The notes under the pieces: model-generated
The model's database searches: none
Told to the model about the DNA's origin: nothing
The model's input: the letters and a program-made list of their open reading frames with translations, nothing else
Shown: piece by piece, positions 51,660 to 62,868 of the stretch
Layout: every line of letters begins with the position of its first letter
How positions within the stretch are numbered: the first letter of the stretch is position 1
Assembly (NCBI GenBank): GCA_024137785.1
Contig: JAHRHZ010000025.1
Span: forward strand, 28,655,178 to 28,719,177
Direction of reading: 5' to 3'
DNA: 64,000 nt
Origin: Ginglymostoma cirratum
Lineage: Eukaryota
Made by a program: the position numbers and the translations under genes

Positions 51660-51759
51660 AAAGTTGAGTCAAAACAAATTTTATTTTAAAGAATGCATCA
51701 AATACGTCAATGCTGCACCCAAGGTGAATATTCCAGGTTCTCCTCCTCCAAACACGATC
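51660..51759 (-). other. SFPQ: candidate distal terminal exon of an alternative SFPQ transcript
   Basis: tttttttcattctcttactag| acceptor, AATAAA at 51680-51685 followed by T/GT-rich sequence. Confidence 0.6.
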
Positions 51760-52368
51760 CTAGTAAGAGAATGAAAAAAATGTCAGGTCTGAGGATTTAT
51801 TCGTTTTAAACAGTCCACCACAGACATTTGCCTGCCACAGTAGATTCAACTTTGCAATGCAGATGGTCAAAAAATGAGTTAATTGAAAAATAAATCTCTC
51901 TTGCTTTAAAAAAGTCAAATGATCTAGCAGATGTTAGAATGACCTGGGTTCAACCTCAGTAACAAACATGGCAGATGAATACTAAAGGCATTTAGCCCTC
52001 CGACTGGAGGCTTTCAAAATCTTATCGTGACTTAAGCATGCTGCGGAATGTTTAGCTGCAAAGCATATACCCGGACTATTTCAGAAGCTAGTTTATTGCT
52101 GATATGGAGATAATATTAGGACACCTTAAAAAGGTGAGCAAACCAAAGCAAGCAGAACTTGTCATAACATTCATACTGTATGAAGTCAGCAGCTCAAGTT
52201 GTGTCTCAACTCTACCCAAGACAAAAGACCCCAATTTAGTTTAGCTGCCAAGCCCATGTAAATATTGGTTATATTCAAACCCACATGATACACACACAGT
52301 AGTGACAAATGCAAGATTGGAGGAAAACAAACCAAAAGAGGCCCCTAGGAACAAATCAGAACACCTAC

Positions 52369-52498
52369 CTTTTCAGAAATATCCCAGAATGCATCCATGT
52401 CCTTCAACTTTTGCACAACTCTATGCACCCTCACTCTTTCATTTCTGGTGACTGACCAGATGTGAAAAACATTCTGGTTTTATCACATTTCACAGGAG
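52369..52498 (-). other. SFPQ: candidate downstream non-coding SFPQ exon (130 nt)
   Basis: very strong acceptor (T-run, C-run, tcacttgcag|) and AAG|gtaggt donor; stop codons present. Confidence 0.62.
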
Positions 52499-52979
52499 CT
52501 GCAAGTGAGGGGGGAAAAAAAAAAAACATTGTCGGAAGCATACCCTTATTTACTAGCTGAACAGGCTCCATATTGTTTATTCACAAAGCTAGGAAATCAA
52601 TTATAGTTTGATACTCAGGTTAACAATCAACTCAGCAGACAGGGAATAGCAATAATGCCATAAGAAACCCTGCTCACAGCAAAAGTCCAACAATCTTAAT
52701 TTGAGGATGATCATATGCAAGGGGAAACATGAGGAACACCACAAAATTCAGAGTGTTATTCCGAATCTCACCTCTGAAGGAAATCTGAACATTCTATGTA
52801 ATGGAAGGCCTGAAACCTTTATGTCAACCTGTCTGATACCTTGCTGCACACACCCCTTTAGGAGTGGGGGCAGTGCTAGCAGGATCACTAGTGTCAAGGC
52901 CACAAGTCATTTTCAAAAACATTTGGGGATCTGCAATTCTACAACAAGTGCTTGGAAATTTACTGTTTAAGATTCTTGA

Positions 52980-53465
52980 AGATTTATAGCTCAGGGTGTG
53001 GAGGTGGTTGCTGGTTTGCTCACTGAGCTAGCTGGTTGTCATACCTGTTTTGTAACCATGCTAGCTAACATCACTGCGGCCTCTGATGAAGCGATGTTGT
53101 TCTAGTCCCCTTGGCATTTATCTGATGTGGTCTATTAAGTTGGGTTGTCTCATTTCTGGTTCAGTTCTGCACACTTTCATATGCAATCCAATTCCACATG
53201 TTTGTTGATTGCATTACAGGTTGAAAACCAGGCCTCTAGGAATTCCTGTGCATGTCCATGGCTGGCTGGAGCTAAAATAGTCAAACAGATGCAGAACAAA
53301 ACCAGAAATCAGGCAACCTAACTTAACAGACTGGATCATATACATACCAAGCAGAGTAGAATGATATTGCTTCATCGGAGGCCGCACTGATGACGTTACC
53401 TAGACTGGTGACAAAACATCTGCATGATAACCAGCCAGCTTGGCGAGCAAGCCAACAACCTCATG
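52980..53465 (-). mobile_element. Penelope-like element remnant: GIY-YIG endonuclease C-terminus flanked by inverted termini
   Basis: minus frame HAQEFLEAWFSTCNAINKHVELDCI (PLE EN C-terminal motif); arms ~53005-53105 and ~53355-53460 are inverted. Confidence 0.75.
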
Positions 53466-56086
53466 ACAAGATGGTCTCCAAAGTACTAACGTCAAGCAAC
53501 ATGATTTATGTTTCAGACAGATACTGCAGCATGAACTGATCAAATAGCTACTTACTTGCATCTTTACTGCATCAGAGTTTCAACATGCATCAAGCCCTTT
53601 CCATGCCTAAAGGAAATACAACAAGTTAATAAATACTTATCACTCCAATGCACAGCAATTCTCAACTCAGTTCTACAATAACCCAAAAGGTCAGATTACT
53701 TCAGAATAGCCATGCAAATCTATCCCAGATGTAGACCTGGAATAGAAAGGCTGACTGAACCCCTAACAGCCTGCGTGGTGCTGTAACTATTAATATTTTA
53801 TGGGGCCAGAATAGAAGAGCTGAAGTCAAAATTAAGGGTACATACAATTCATCCAAACTGTAAACATTTCAGTGGTTAGCCAGAAAAGTACAGTATATTT
53901 TTACTGACTAGTCTGACAACCCTACAGAAAAGATGCAAAATATGCATTTGTGCTTTAGGCCCAACTTTTCCTAAACTAGTACACTAGTGAAAAATTCTCA
54001 GCATAAGAGGATTAAACTTGCTGTTAATGCTAAAGCTTTGGACAGGCCAATTAACAGCTGACCAAGTTGGCACAAAAATGCCTAATCAGGCATGATTGCA
54101 TAGACGGGAAACTACACCCACATCTTGGAACACAATATTCTAGCCTATTTTGCAACACTGAAAGAACATGTACCACATATCCCTATTATGTTCTGGCATC
54201 ACTTTTCTGAACAGACATTCTAGTCAAAAATTGAAGCCAATTGCACTGGGAAAGCTCAGGCACACAAGAATTTAGATGGAATACAGTGTAGACACTTTGC
54301 TACTAAGTTTTAATCCCACTTGCAAGTCCAGTGCAATAAGATGAAACATCACTTCCGCTCGAGGGACAAGCCACTGATGACATTTACACAAGAAAAAGCA
54401 TTTAATTGCTTGGTCTACAGATTTGCTAAAATTTGACCTAACAGACAAGTTACATCTCCCATAAATGGAATACAAATAGCAAATATTATAGGTTCAAGAC
54501 CTGGAGCAAGACCAATCTTGCAGTTAGACCTGTGGAACAAGCTGCAATTTACACAGATTTTAAAGGAATGGTGCCAAAATCCTAGCATTGCAGTAAGACA
54601 GAATTCTAGTGGCACAAGACTGGAAAACATTAGTCCCAGACCACGTTTTTCATATCTGTACCACCCCAGGACTAGAACTTCACAGCATTTCATTTCATCT
54701 AAAGCAGCTGAACAACTAAGCAATCAATAGCAACACCAATATTCTTGATTTGGTTAGCCATCTCTAGGCAATTTCAGGGATAACTGGCACAAAATTTTAA
54801 TCAGCTCATTCAGTCACGTTATGACACCTCTGGAGCTCGCAGGACTTCAATTCAGACCTCAAATTTATACAACAAATGCCTTCACCACACTTTACACTTG
54901 ATACTGATGGTGATCCATTGTGATATAATACAGGTCAACTTTATGCTCTGAATTGATTATCAAGCCTCCTTTGATTAAAATTCAAAAACAAACTAATTTA
55001 GTGAATGAAGCCCAAAGCAATACAATTAGGCTATGGCCTAATTCAATTGCACATATACAAAGTGAACTTTAACTATTATTCATGAAATGCCTGAATAGGC
55101 AAATGGACAGCACAGAGCCTAAGGACTTAGTTTCTACTGAAATATCAAAGGATTCCATTGTATTTGTTCTGATCAGAATCCTAGATACACTTGAAACCCA
55201 AGCAGTGAAAATTCATCACATTTACAGTATTTCAATCTTCACTACATGTTTAAATCTGTCATACGGCTCTGTGGTAAACATCTTACACATAGGTACACAA
55301 GGTCTGGTCTCAGGGATTTCAGGTCAGATAACTCAATGGCAAAGATTGCTGGCAGTTAGTCATTGCAAGCTGGCTTGGTAAAACTGAAACTAAGTAATTT
55401 GTCCAGTCTCCAAGCTAAGCCAAAAATACAAGCGTAACACCAAATACAATAAGTCACTATATAATAGTTATGCATTTGATGGGTAGGTGTCTGATGGAGA
55501 TTCAAGAGGAAGTGAAAAGTTTTTCTAATCCCCAGCACAGTTCCCCAAACCCAAGTAGGCGTACCAAGTTACCATCTCATTTATACAATGCAGGCAACTG
55601 CCCAAATAGTCATGGCGTTTTAGTTTTGCAAGTATTATCTATGGTGCTAAATGGCCTGGAGTACATTTATTCATTATATACAAGTAGATCACATTGCTGC
55701 TTTGTAGATGTTCTGGCAAAGCTTGAAAGTGCACAGTATGTAAAAAGACAAGTTTAAATACTAAACCACAACCTTCCTGTTCACGGTCTAAGTCACAGCT
55801 TTGTTCAGCTCAAAAAAAGGTACAAGGCAGAAAGCGCAACTACCCACTGTTGATAATTCAAGGTGCCAGTGAAGTGTCAATGTTGTGACTGCAGTATTCA
55901 AAAAGTGCATACTAGCTGTACATCATTTGGGCCATTATACTCTGATACCAAATCAGTATTCACTGGTAACAGCCCAACCGTAAGTGGTACACTGTATTTC
56001 CACAGTCAGAAAGGTGATGCCCGAACCATTATACTCATCTTTAAGAAATTACGAAAGACATTTGTTAACAAGTTATTTGTACATAC

Positions 56087-56348
56087 CTGTATGCAGTCTT
56101 TATTGTGTAACGCAGAACAAGCAGGAATACTATTCTCCAGGTCTTACTGCCCAATCCCATTTGCAGTACTACAGATCCTCAATGCAATGTATTGCAGACA
56201 AGCTGACTGTATTTATTCACTGTAGAGCGGCATTACTTGCAAGGATGCAGCACAATTGGCTGCCAGCAGCCGCTTGCTGGCTTGTAACTCAGATGCGTTG
56301 CCATGTAACCTGAGAATCTGAAACTGTTATAACTGCCACTGAAGAATA
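56087..56348 (-). other. possible downstream non-coding SFPQ exon
   Basis: cttgtcttccccag| acceptor, CAG|gtatgt donor; internal AATAAA; pairing of these sites is uncertain. Confidence 0.3.
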
Positions 56349-57237
56349 CTGGGGAAGACAAGTTATTTCAAGTTGTGCCCAAACTTAGTGGGCATTGCAA
56401 ATTCAGCACCTAAATGCCTAAACAGCAACAGCTAAATCTTTGTATTCAGATTAGCCAATACCATAAATCAAATTCAAAGATGTGAAATATGTTGTTTAAA
56501 AAGCGGGGCATTTAACTTGACAGGTGTTCATGAAATTATACTGCAGGCATCTCATGCAGTATTTTGATTTAAGTTGAAATTCAATATTATGTAGAAAGGG
56601 CATTTCAAAAAATAGCTCGAGTACTGCTTGCACAGCCTAAATTGTTAAAACACCCAAAACAAAGGACTAATTTAATACAAATTCAGGTCTCTAGCTGCAA
56701 GTATATCACAAAGCTAGTTTTTCAAATTTGAGGTGAACCCTTAGGCTTTCACCCACAGCTGAATAAGCCAAACCAACTTTGTTTATGATGGATTCCATGT
56801 TCAAATACAGCAACTCTGCCAAGGAACGGCAATGAAAATTATTGCAAGTTTGCAAAGGTTATCCAACAGGAAATCAGAGCAGCTGCTCATTCAAACCCCC
56901 ACCAGCTCACAGAGTAATTTTATAGTTGCACACTTATTTTGCCAGAAGTCAAATTTGATGGACCAATACCAGATTCTGTACTAAAGAAATATTTAGGCAT
57001 AAAGGACTTATGGAATGTCAGATTAAAATTAAGCCTTGCTCCAATCAAAGAAACTACACTCAAAGAAACTTAAAACCCACCATCCCGGAATTTAGAACTT
57101 CTGATCTTGGATTACAATAATTGCTCAGTATATTAATTCTCAAGATTGAAATTAAAGTGGAGAGCAGCATCTAAAGGCACGATTTGTTTCTACGTCCAAA
57201 CCCCCATCCCCACACACAAATAAGTTTTAACACTTAC

Positions 57238-57320
57238 CATTATCACAATCCTAAAGCAGCAATTTTGACACTGCATGCTACTGCTTGGTTCCAGTTACCC
57301 ATCGAAGCTGTTCAGCTTCT
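57238..57320 (-). other. SFPQ: candidate downstream alternative SFPQ exon (83 nt, early stop AGA AGC TGA in phase 0)
   Basis: cttctgtaccctctgcctag| acceptor and ATG|gtaagt consensus donor. Confidence 0.6.
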
Positions 57321-59449
57321 CTAGGCAGAGGGTACAGAAGTCACGTTCTGGTAGTCCGGGTATCCTGATGCAAATTCATTCCTACTGAGTACATCTGCAG
57401 CTCATCTTGCTACTGGTTTCCAATTGTGACTTTCCAATCAGAATTCCCATTCACAAACGCAGAATGGCCAAATTTTCCAAAACTCAAGGTTAAACTTCCA
57501 TAAAAGTTATTGGTTGAGGAGCCCAAGTTGGGTCAGAAGGTTTAAACAAAAGCACTGTGGACCATTAACTGCAAGTCTTTTAAGTGATCATGTTTCATGA
57601 CATATGAAGTTCATTTAGAAGTTAAAACTGTTTAGATGTCCTATCACATGCAAGATCCTGTCCCAATTTTTCAGCACTACTGCCCAAAACTGAAAGACCC
57701 TATTACAGCCAAGTTACTTAAAAGAACTCCCAACTCCAGCTATGATTCCATAATTAGCAATGTGTTGATGCAATAGAATCATGCACTGAACAGTGGTATA
57801 AGATTTATCTTAAGTACTCGTACTCTTAGTATATAGATTTTACACACCTTACTATATTGTCTAGCCCGACCAAAAAAACCACCACTTTCATCAGGATTGC
57901 TCAGTTTGCAGAGTTGCTATTTGTAACTGGGATATTGCCATTCCAGGTTTCTTGCTGTTAATCTGACAAGACTCGACGTATTGGTTTACAGACCTAGCAC
58001 TCAACACTTAGTGTCTAACTTGACTGGTTATTGGTTGCTATATTCAACATCTCAGGCACTTCAAGCCAGATGAGTAATGCAGTTTTTAAATAAGCCACTT
58101 AGGAATTCAATACACTGAACAATGGAGTGTAGTTTTGTTGCAAAACATGTTTTTAATAGGCTTGAACTTAGGCCAGCGGTGATGTTTCAAATTCTGCCAT
58201 GTGGCCGAGCAAGATCAAATTTCAGTGATTTAAAATGGACCCAAATAATAAAGAAGTGAAACACGCTATTTTGGTATTCCATGTATTCTGGAAAGATACT
58301 GTAGCAATTAGATCAAAATCAAGATAAGCATTCATTTAGAGAAGTCTATCCAATACACTGAGAATTATGCACATCACCTGTGAGGCCTGTTTGAGCTCTA
58401 ATCAGATGTGCCACTGCCGTGAGGACAAATCCAAGCAAGTAAGCTGTTAAACTGACTTCATTCACAAAACCTGAAAATGAACAACTTTGTCCTTTTCCAA
58501 ATACAAAGGAAGGTGGTAACAAGTGTCTGATTGCCCACCACAAATCTAAATGCAAAAACTGTTGTATATCCTTGGACTATGGACCAAGTGAACCAAGGAT
58601 AATCCTTGGGTTGTGCCAACCAACACAGTCAATAGTACAGCACTGCAATGGAGTTTACATCTATGGATTGACAAGGGAAAATTGTCAGCCAAAGCTCCTG
58701 ATCATCTAGTAACCCTTAATTATGCAAAAATTGTGCAGGGAAATCAAGCTTGGCTTCAAAATTAAACAGTTTCACCACAATCTAAATTCTCATGAGTCAC
58801 TTGACATTGATGCCCAGGGCACTGCTGGTAATCATAGCTTCTCAGCACGAAAGACCTTCTGAAGAGAAAGTTGCAATAAGTTGTGAACAGAAGAGGAAGA
58901 AAAATTTGAAATACAGGTGTGCTTTGCATAATCAGTCAAAACACAGTTAACATGTTTTGTAGTACCAGCTACAATAGAACCTTCCTTGTCCCAATATCTA
59001 TTTCAGAACATGCAAACCAAGATAGAATCGCCAGAATGTCAGTAGACTTCATCCCACCCCAGCATAGACTGGATTTGACTGCCAAAAACACTTCTGGGAA
59101 GAAAAGGAAAATCTTTTACAAAATACAAACGTTAGAACAATCCAGCCTATATCCAAAACTGAAGCCACAAAAATTTAAAAGAAAATCAATTCTTCCAGTT
59201 AACACAAGCCAATTAGGTGGCAATTTAAATGTAAATGGGTCCAGAAATTTCAGCACTGCAGTTTTAAGTTTCACAAGATCTTTTCCAAGACCTAGATTCA
59301 CCCCCTCTGTGTGGCATTAAGACACGATACAAAGCTAGCCAAAGTAAAAAAAGTTTAAAAAACCAAACTCAGGCCTAAAATTGGTACAACTTAAAATACA
59401 AGATAATAAATAACCATGACTAAAGGTTTTGTTTTCAGTGCACTTAGTT

Positions 59450-60005
59450 TCCATTGGAATCTTACCTTATTTTATTAAACAACTCCAATAAGTGATACAC
59501 AAGAGTTTGCAAACATTAGTAAATGCAACACTTGGTCTCACTTAGCAACCAGAGAAGTTGACAACTATGCTGCGACTTTGCTCAGTTAAAAAATCATTTC
59601 AAAATCATGAACACTATGAATGGGTTTTAATTTAAAAAGACGCACCAAAATACAGAATGCCACCATTTCAAAACAGGCTTTTAGCCTACACAATTTAACA
59701 TGCTTCTAAAACAATTCAGAACAAAAAAAATACATGGAGCATACTTTCTAGAGATTTAATGGCACGTCAGCGTACACAGTCAAAAGTACTGGGAAAAGAT
59801 GCCTATGTGCACTATCACTGTTGTTTGACATAATTCAACATTCATAATGTGCCAGCGTGACTTGTTACAGTTTACAAAGTTTTATCAATACACAAATCTA
59901 TATAGGCATAAAATGCAACTTTGCCACCAACTAAAAAAACGCAAGAATGAAGAGTTCAAGTCTAAATGAAAGACTAATCTGGAATGCACTACAGCACTAT
60001 GAATT
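59450..60005 (-). other. SFPQ: SFPQ canonical 3' UTR with poly(A) signal AATAAA at 59471-59476
   Basis: AU/U-rich sequence after the stop; TTTATT on + at 59471-59476; 3' end approximate. Confidence 0.6.
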
Positions 60006-60140
60006 CTAAAATCTAGGCTTCTTTCCGCCTGCTTCATATTCTTCTCTCCCTCTACTAAAACTAGGCCCAGTAGGCCCCATAGGACGGGGGGGCTGAGCAT
60101 TCATTGGACCTGGGGCTCCCTGTCCAAAGCGGTCATTACG
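60006..60140 (-). CDS. SFPQ: SFPQ last coding exon, RNDRFGQGAPGPMNAQPPRPMGPTGPSFSRGREEYEAGGKKPRF*
   Basis: ctctcccaatag| acceptor, 44 codons + TAG; homologous to the SFPQ C-terminus RTERFGQGG...GRGREEYEGPNKKPRF including the terminal NLS; missed by the ORF track. Confidence 0.97.
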   Translation of the reverse strand, partial: RNDRFGQGAPGPMNAQPPRPMGPTGPSFSRGREEYEAGGKKPRF

Positions 60141-60352
60141 CTATTGGGAGAGATTTTAAAAAGTTCATCATACATGAAAGCATTCAATGTCCATTAAGTT
60201 GCACGCGACAAAGTGAGTAAAATGTGTAACATTAGGTCAGGGAAGACATCCGCAGTCAATGTTCGTCGATTACAACCAGGAATGGGGCGATCCACAGGTA
60301 CCAGGCACATAAAAAGAAAAAAAGAGGGCAAGTTGTTCATTAGTTTACTGAC

Positions 60353-60397
60353 CGGTACATGGAGGAATCCAAGGTGGGTATAATCCTCCCATGACGA
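60353..60397 (-). other. SFPQ: candidate alternative micro-exon in SFPQ last intron (45 nt in frame, SSWEDYTHLGFLHVP; or 55 nt from acceptor at 60407)
   Basis: donor CCG|gtcagt at 60352; two AAG acceptors (cacaag|, gttcttaag|); CpG-containing, non-repetitive block. Confidence 0.5.
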
Positions 60398-62527
60398 CTT
60401 GTGATAACTTAAGAACAGTGGCTATTTGCTTGTAGTGCAAGCAAACCACTATTATCAACACAGGAATGCATTCAAATATGCACAAGTCTGATATGGGTTG
60501 ATAGATATATTTACATTATCATAACAATCTCCACATCATAGTTTTTCAGAGATGCAGAGCTTTAACACTTCAAGTTAAATAGCCTCTGCCCTTAATGAAA
60601 GTCACAAGTAACCAACTTATCCCAACCCACCTTTTCCCCATTTTAAATGCAAGCTGACCAATGATCCAGTATTGTTGTACATGTTCTGCAAATTTTCAAG
60701 TAATGCAGTGGCTGCTGAGCATAAGGATTTGACAGTACAAAGCTAAACTTTAGACAACTTCCACTAGTTAAAGCACCAGAAGAATGCGTACATCTCCCTG
60801 TGTTAGGGAGTCACTCTTTAATGCATGTTGGTTTGGATTAATTAGGAGAAACTTGACTACACTGATTATTTTTATTCCAGCAGGCAAGAAAATTTATAGT
60901 TACAGTACAGCACAAGTACGACAACACTGGATCAGCATTACTATTAAAGTTTAACTGGGTAAAAATGTATACTCTACAAAACATTACTCATTAAGTGCAA
61001 AAAGGTAATAGGACATTCCCTCAATGTTCAGTTTAAAATGCCTAACGTAATTTTACCACTTGCACAATACACCTCAAACTGAGGTTGAGCAACTGGGTTT
61101 GCCATGACCAATGGCACATTGATGTGCTAAGGGAGGGCACTCTTATAATCCCTCCTTCACTCAAAAGCAGTTTTCATTGTGGCAAGACAGCCAAACTAAG
61201 GCTGGCAAACACTCAGAAGACCAGAGGATTTTAACAAGTTGCAATGTGTTAATGTGGCAGCATTAGTACTAACCATCCCACTCACAATCGGAACATTAAA
61301 ACCTAATCAATCATTGATTATCTAAAGCAATCAGTGCTCACCTCCCTCGTATGCCACCCAAAGTGTGCCACATAGTCACAAACTATCAAATCAAACTGAC
61401 TGCATCACTTCACTGTACTAAACCAAACAGACGGTCAGAATCAGTTTTTTGATGCAAGGAGATGAGATTAGACAGCAAGGTGAACAGCTCAACCATTGCA
61501 GATACAATAGGACAACTGGCTTTTTCTCATGTTCCAATATGCAAAACTACATGGCTGCCCACTTCAAATGAAAGATCATCTGCAATGCAGAAGAGTTATT
61601 GTCATTACAATACTGCCTAATTTATTTTGATAAAAGCACCACTTATTGTGCAAACACATTGTTCTAGGTTTAGTTTACACTAGCAGCTGCAAATGCCAGC
61701 CTTCAGATCGGAAACTGGAATTTTACTGCAATTTCCCGCAGAACAGGAATTGGTAACTTATCAATGTGCTAAGGTAAAACAAACTTCTATCATGCAAGCC
61801 TTTCTTCCTTAGTACTCAAGTGACCAGTTTCAATCTGGATCAAGATGCCAGTCAGACCAGTCATCAGTAACCCAATAACGGCTTGGGAAGTTTACGTTAA
61901 CCTAGAATAAATCACTTATGTATCTGATCTGCCTCAACATACCCATCTCAAGCACACAAACTATTGTCTGCCCTAAGACTGTAAACAAAACATTGACTGG
62001 CAAACCAGGTTAGGCAAGTAGTTATTTCAAGTTTTAAAACATGCAATTTTGCAATTTGTTGCAGTGTATGCATGTTCTTGATCATTTCACTTGTAATAAG
62101 TATTGAAACTAATGTTGACACAGTTAGACTTCAGGAGTTGTAAATAACAATTAGACCACAGTGATCAGATGGCATGACATAAAGCATCTGATTAGTCTGT
62201 CTGCATTGATGATCAGATTAACATATCACAACTAAGTGCACATTCCTGAAACTGAATCCTCCCACAAAATCCATGCTGAAACAGCATTGCTTATGGTAGC
62301 TTATTCAAGCTGCCTCTACAGTCTGTTATTTTGGTACTTTGTTTCAATAAGTAATTAAGCTTTTGCTAAAACAAGCGTTCCCACCCCTCCAGTCCTTAGT
62401 ATCCTTGTACATTTAGTTGTTCCAAGATCCCAACAAGCCTTTTCTTCATACCATACACACACATTCATTTCACTTTGCAATCCAACCATACATCCAAGCA
62501 TTCACTCCTAACCACAGTACACTTTAC

Positions 62528-62673
62528 CCCTGCTATGTCGCTGGTGTTTCCACTGTTGCCCATCATCTGTCCAGTCATTGCACTTGGTCCTCCAGGGCTA
62601 TTCATTGCACTGTGACCTTCATAGCCCATTGCTGCCATTGGTGGGAAGCTTTGGTTTGTAGCAGCATATTGTT
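62528..62673 (-). CDS. SFPQ: SFPQ penultimate coding exon, (E)QYAATNQSFPPMAAMGYEGHSAMNSPGGPSAMTGQMMGNSGNTSDIAG
   Basis: tttacatttcag| acceptor, GGG|gtaaag donor; 146 nt, phase 1 to 0; resembles SFPQ ...FPP...GYE...MSGSMMGSDM segment. Confidence 0.92.
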
Positions 62674-62831
62674 CTGAAATGTAAAAGCATACGTTCAAGT
62701 TTTTCCATGAGCAGTGATGGAACAGACACTAGAAATGGTTACTCTGTTTACAATCAAAAGCCAGGTACTGGAATACTGAAAAGGAATTATGGTATTCAAA
62801 TTACTAACAAACAATTCAGATTGCATCTTAC

Positions 62832-62868
62832 CTGCCATTCCTCCAGCCATGCGCATGTCACGTTCTCT
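62832..62868 (-). CDS. SFPQ: SFPQ coding exon (antepenultimate), RERDMRMAGGMA+G
   Basis: ttctctcttcag|AGAGAACGTGACATGCGCATG...GCAG|gtaaga; 37 nt; matches the RERDMRM motif of vertebrate SFPQ; phase 1 end fits the next exon. Confidence 0.93.

Noticed and set aside
52544-52588. Additional small exon (ttcctag|...agg|gtatgc)
   Set aside because: Only 45 nt from the next acceptor and has weak signals; cannot be supported.
59885-60100. 71-aa minus ORF MLSPPVLWGLL...
   Set aside because: Out-of-frame shadow of the real SFPQ last exon.
62465-62527. ORF extension VKCTVVRSECLDVWLDCKVK as SFPQ C-terminus
   Set aside because: Intron read-through past GGG|gtaaag; relevant only if the intron is retained and translated, for which there is no evidence here.
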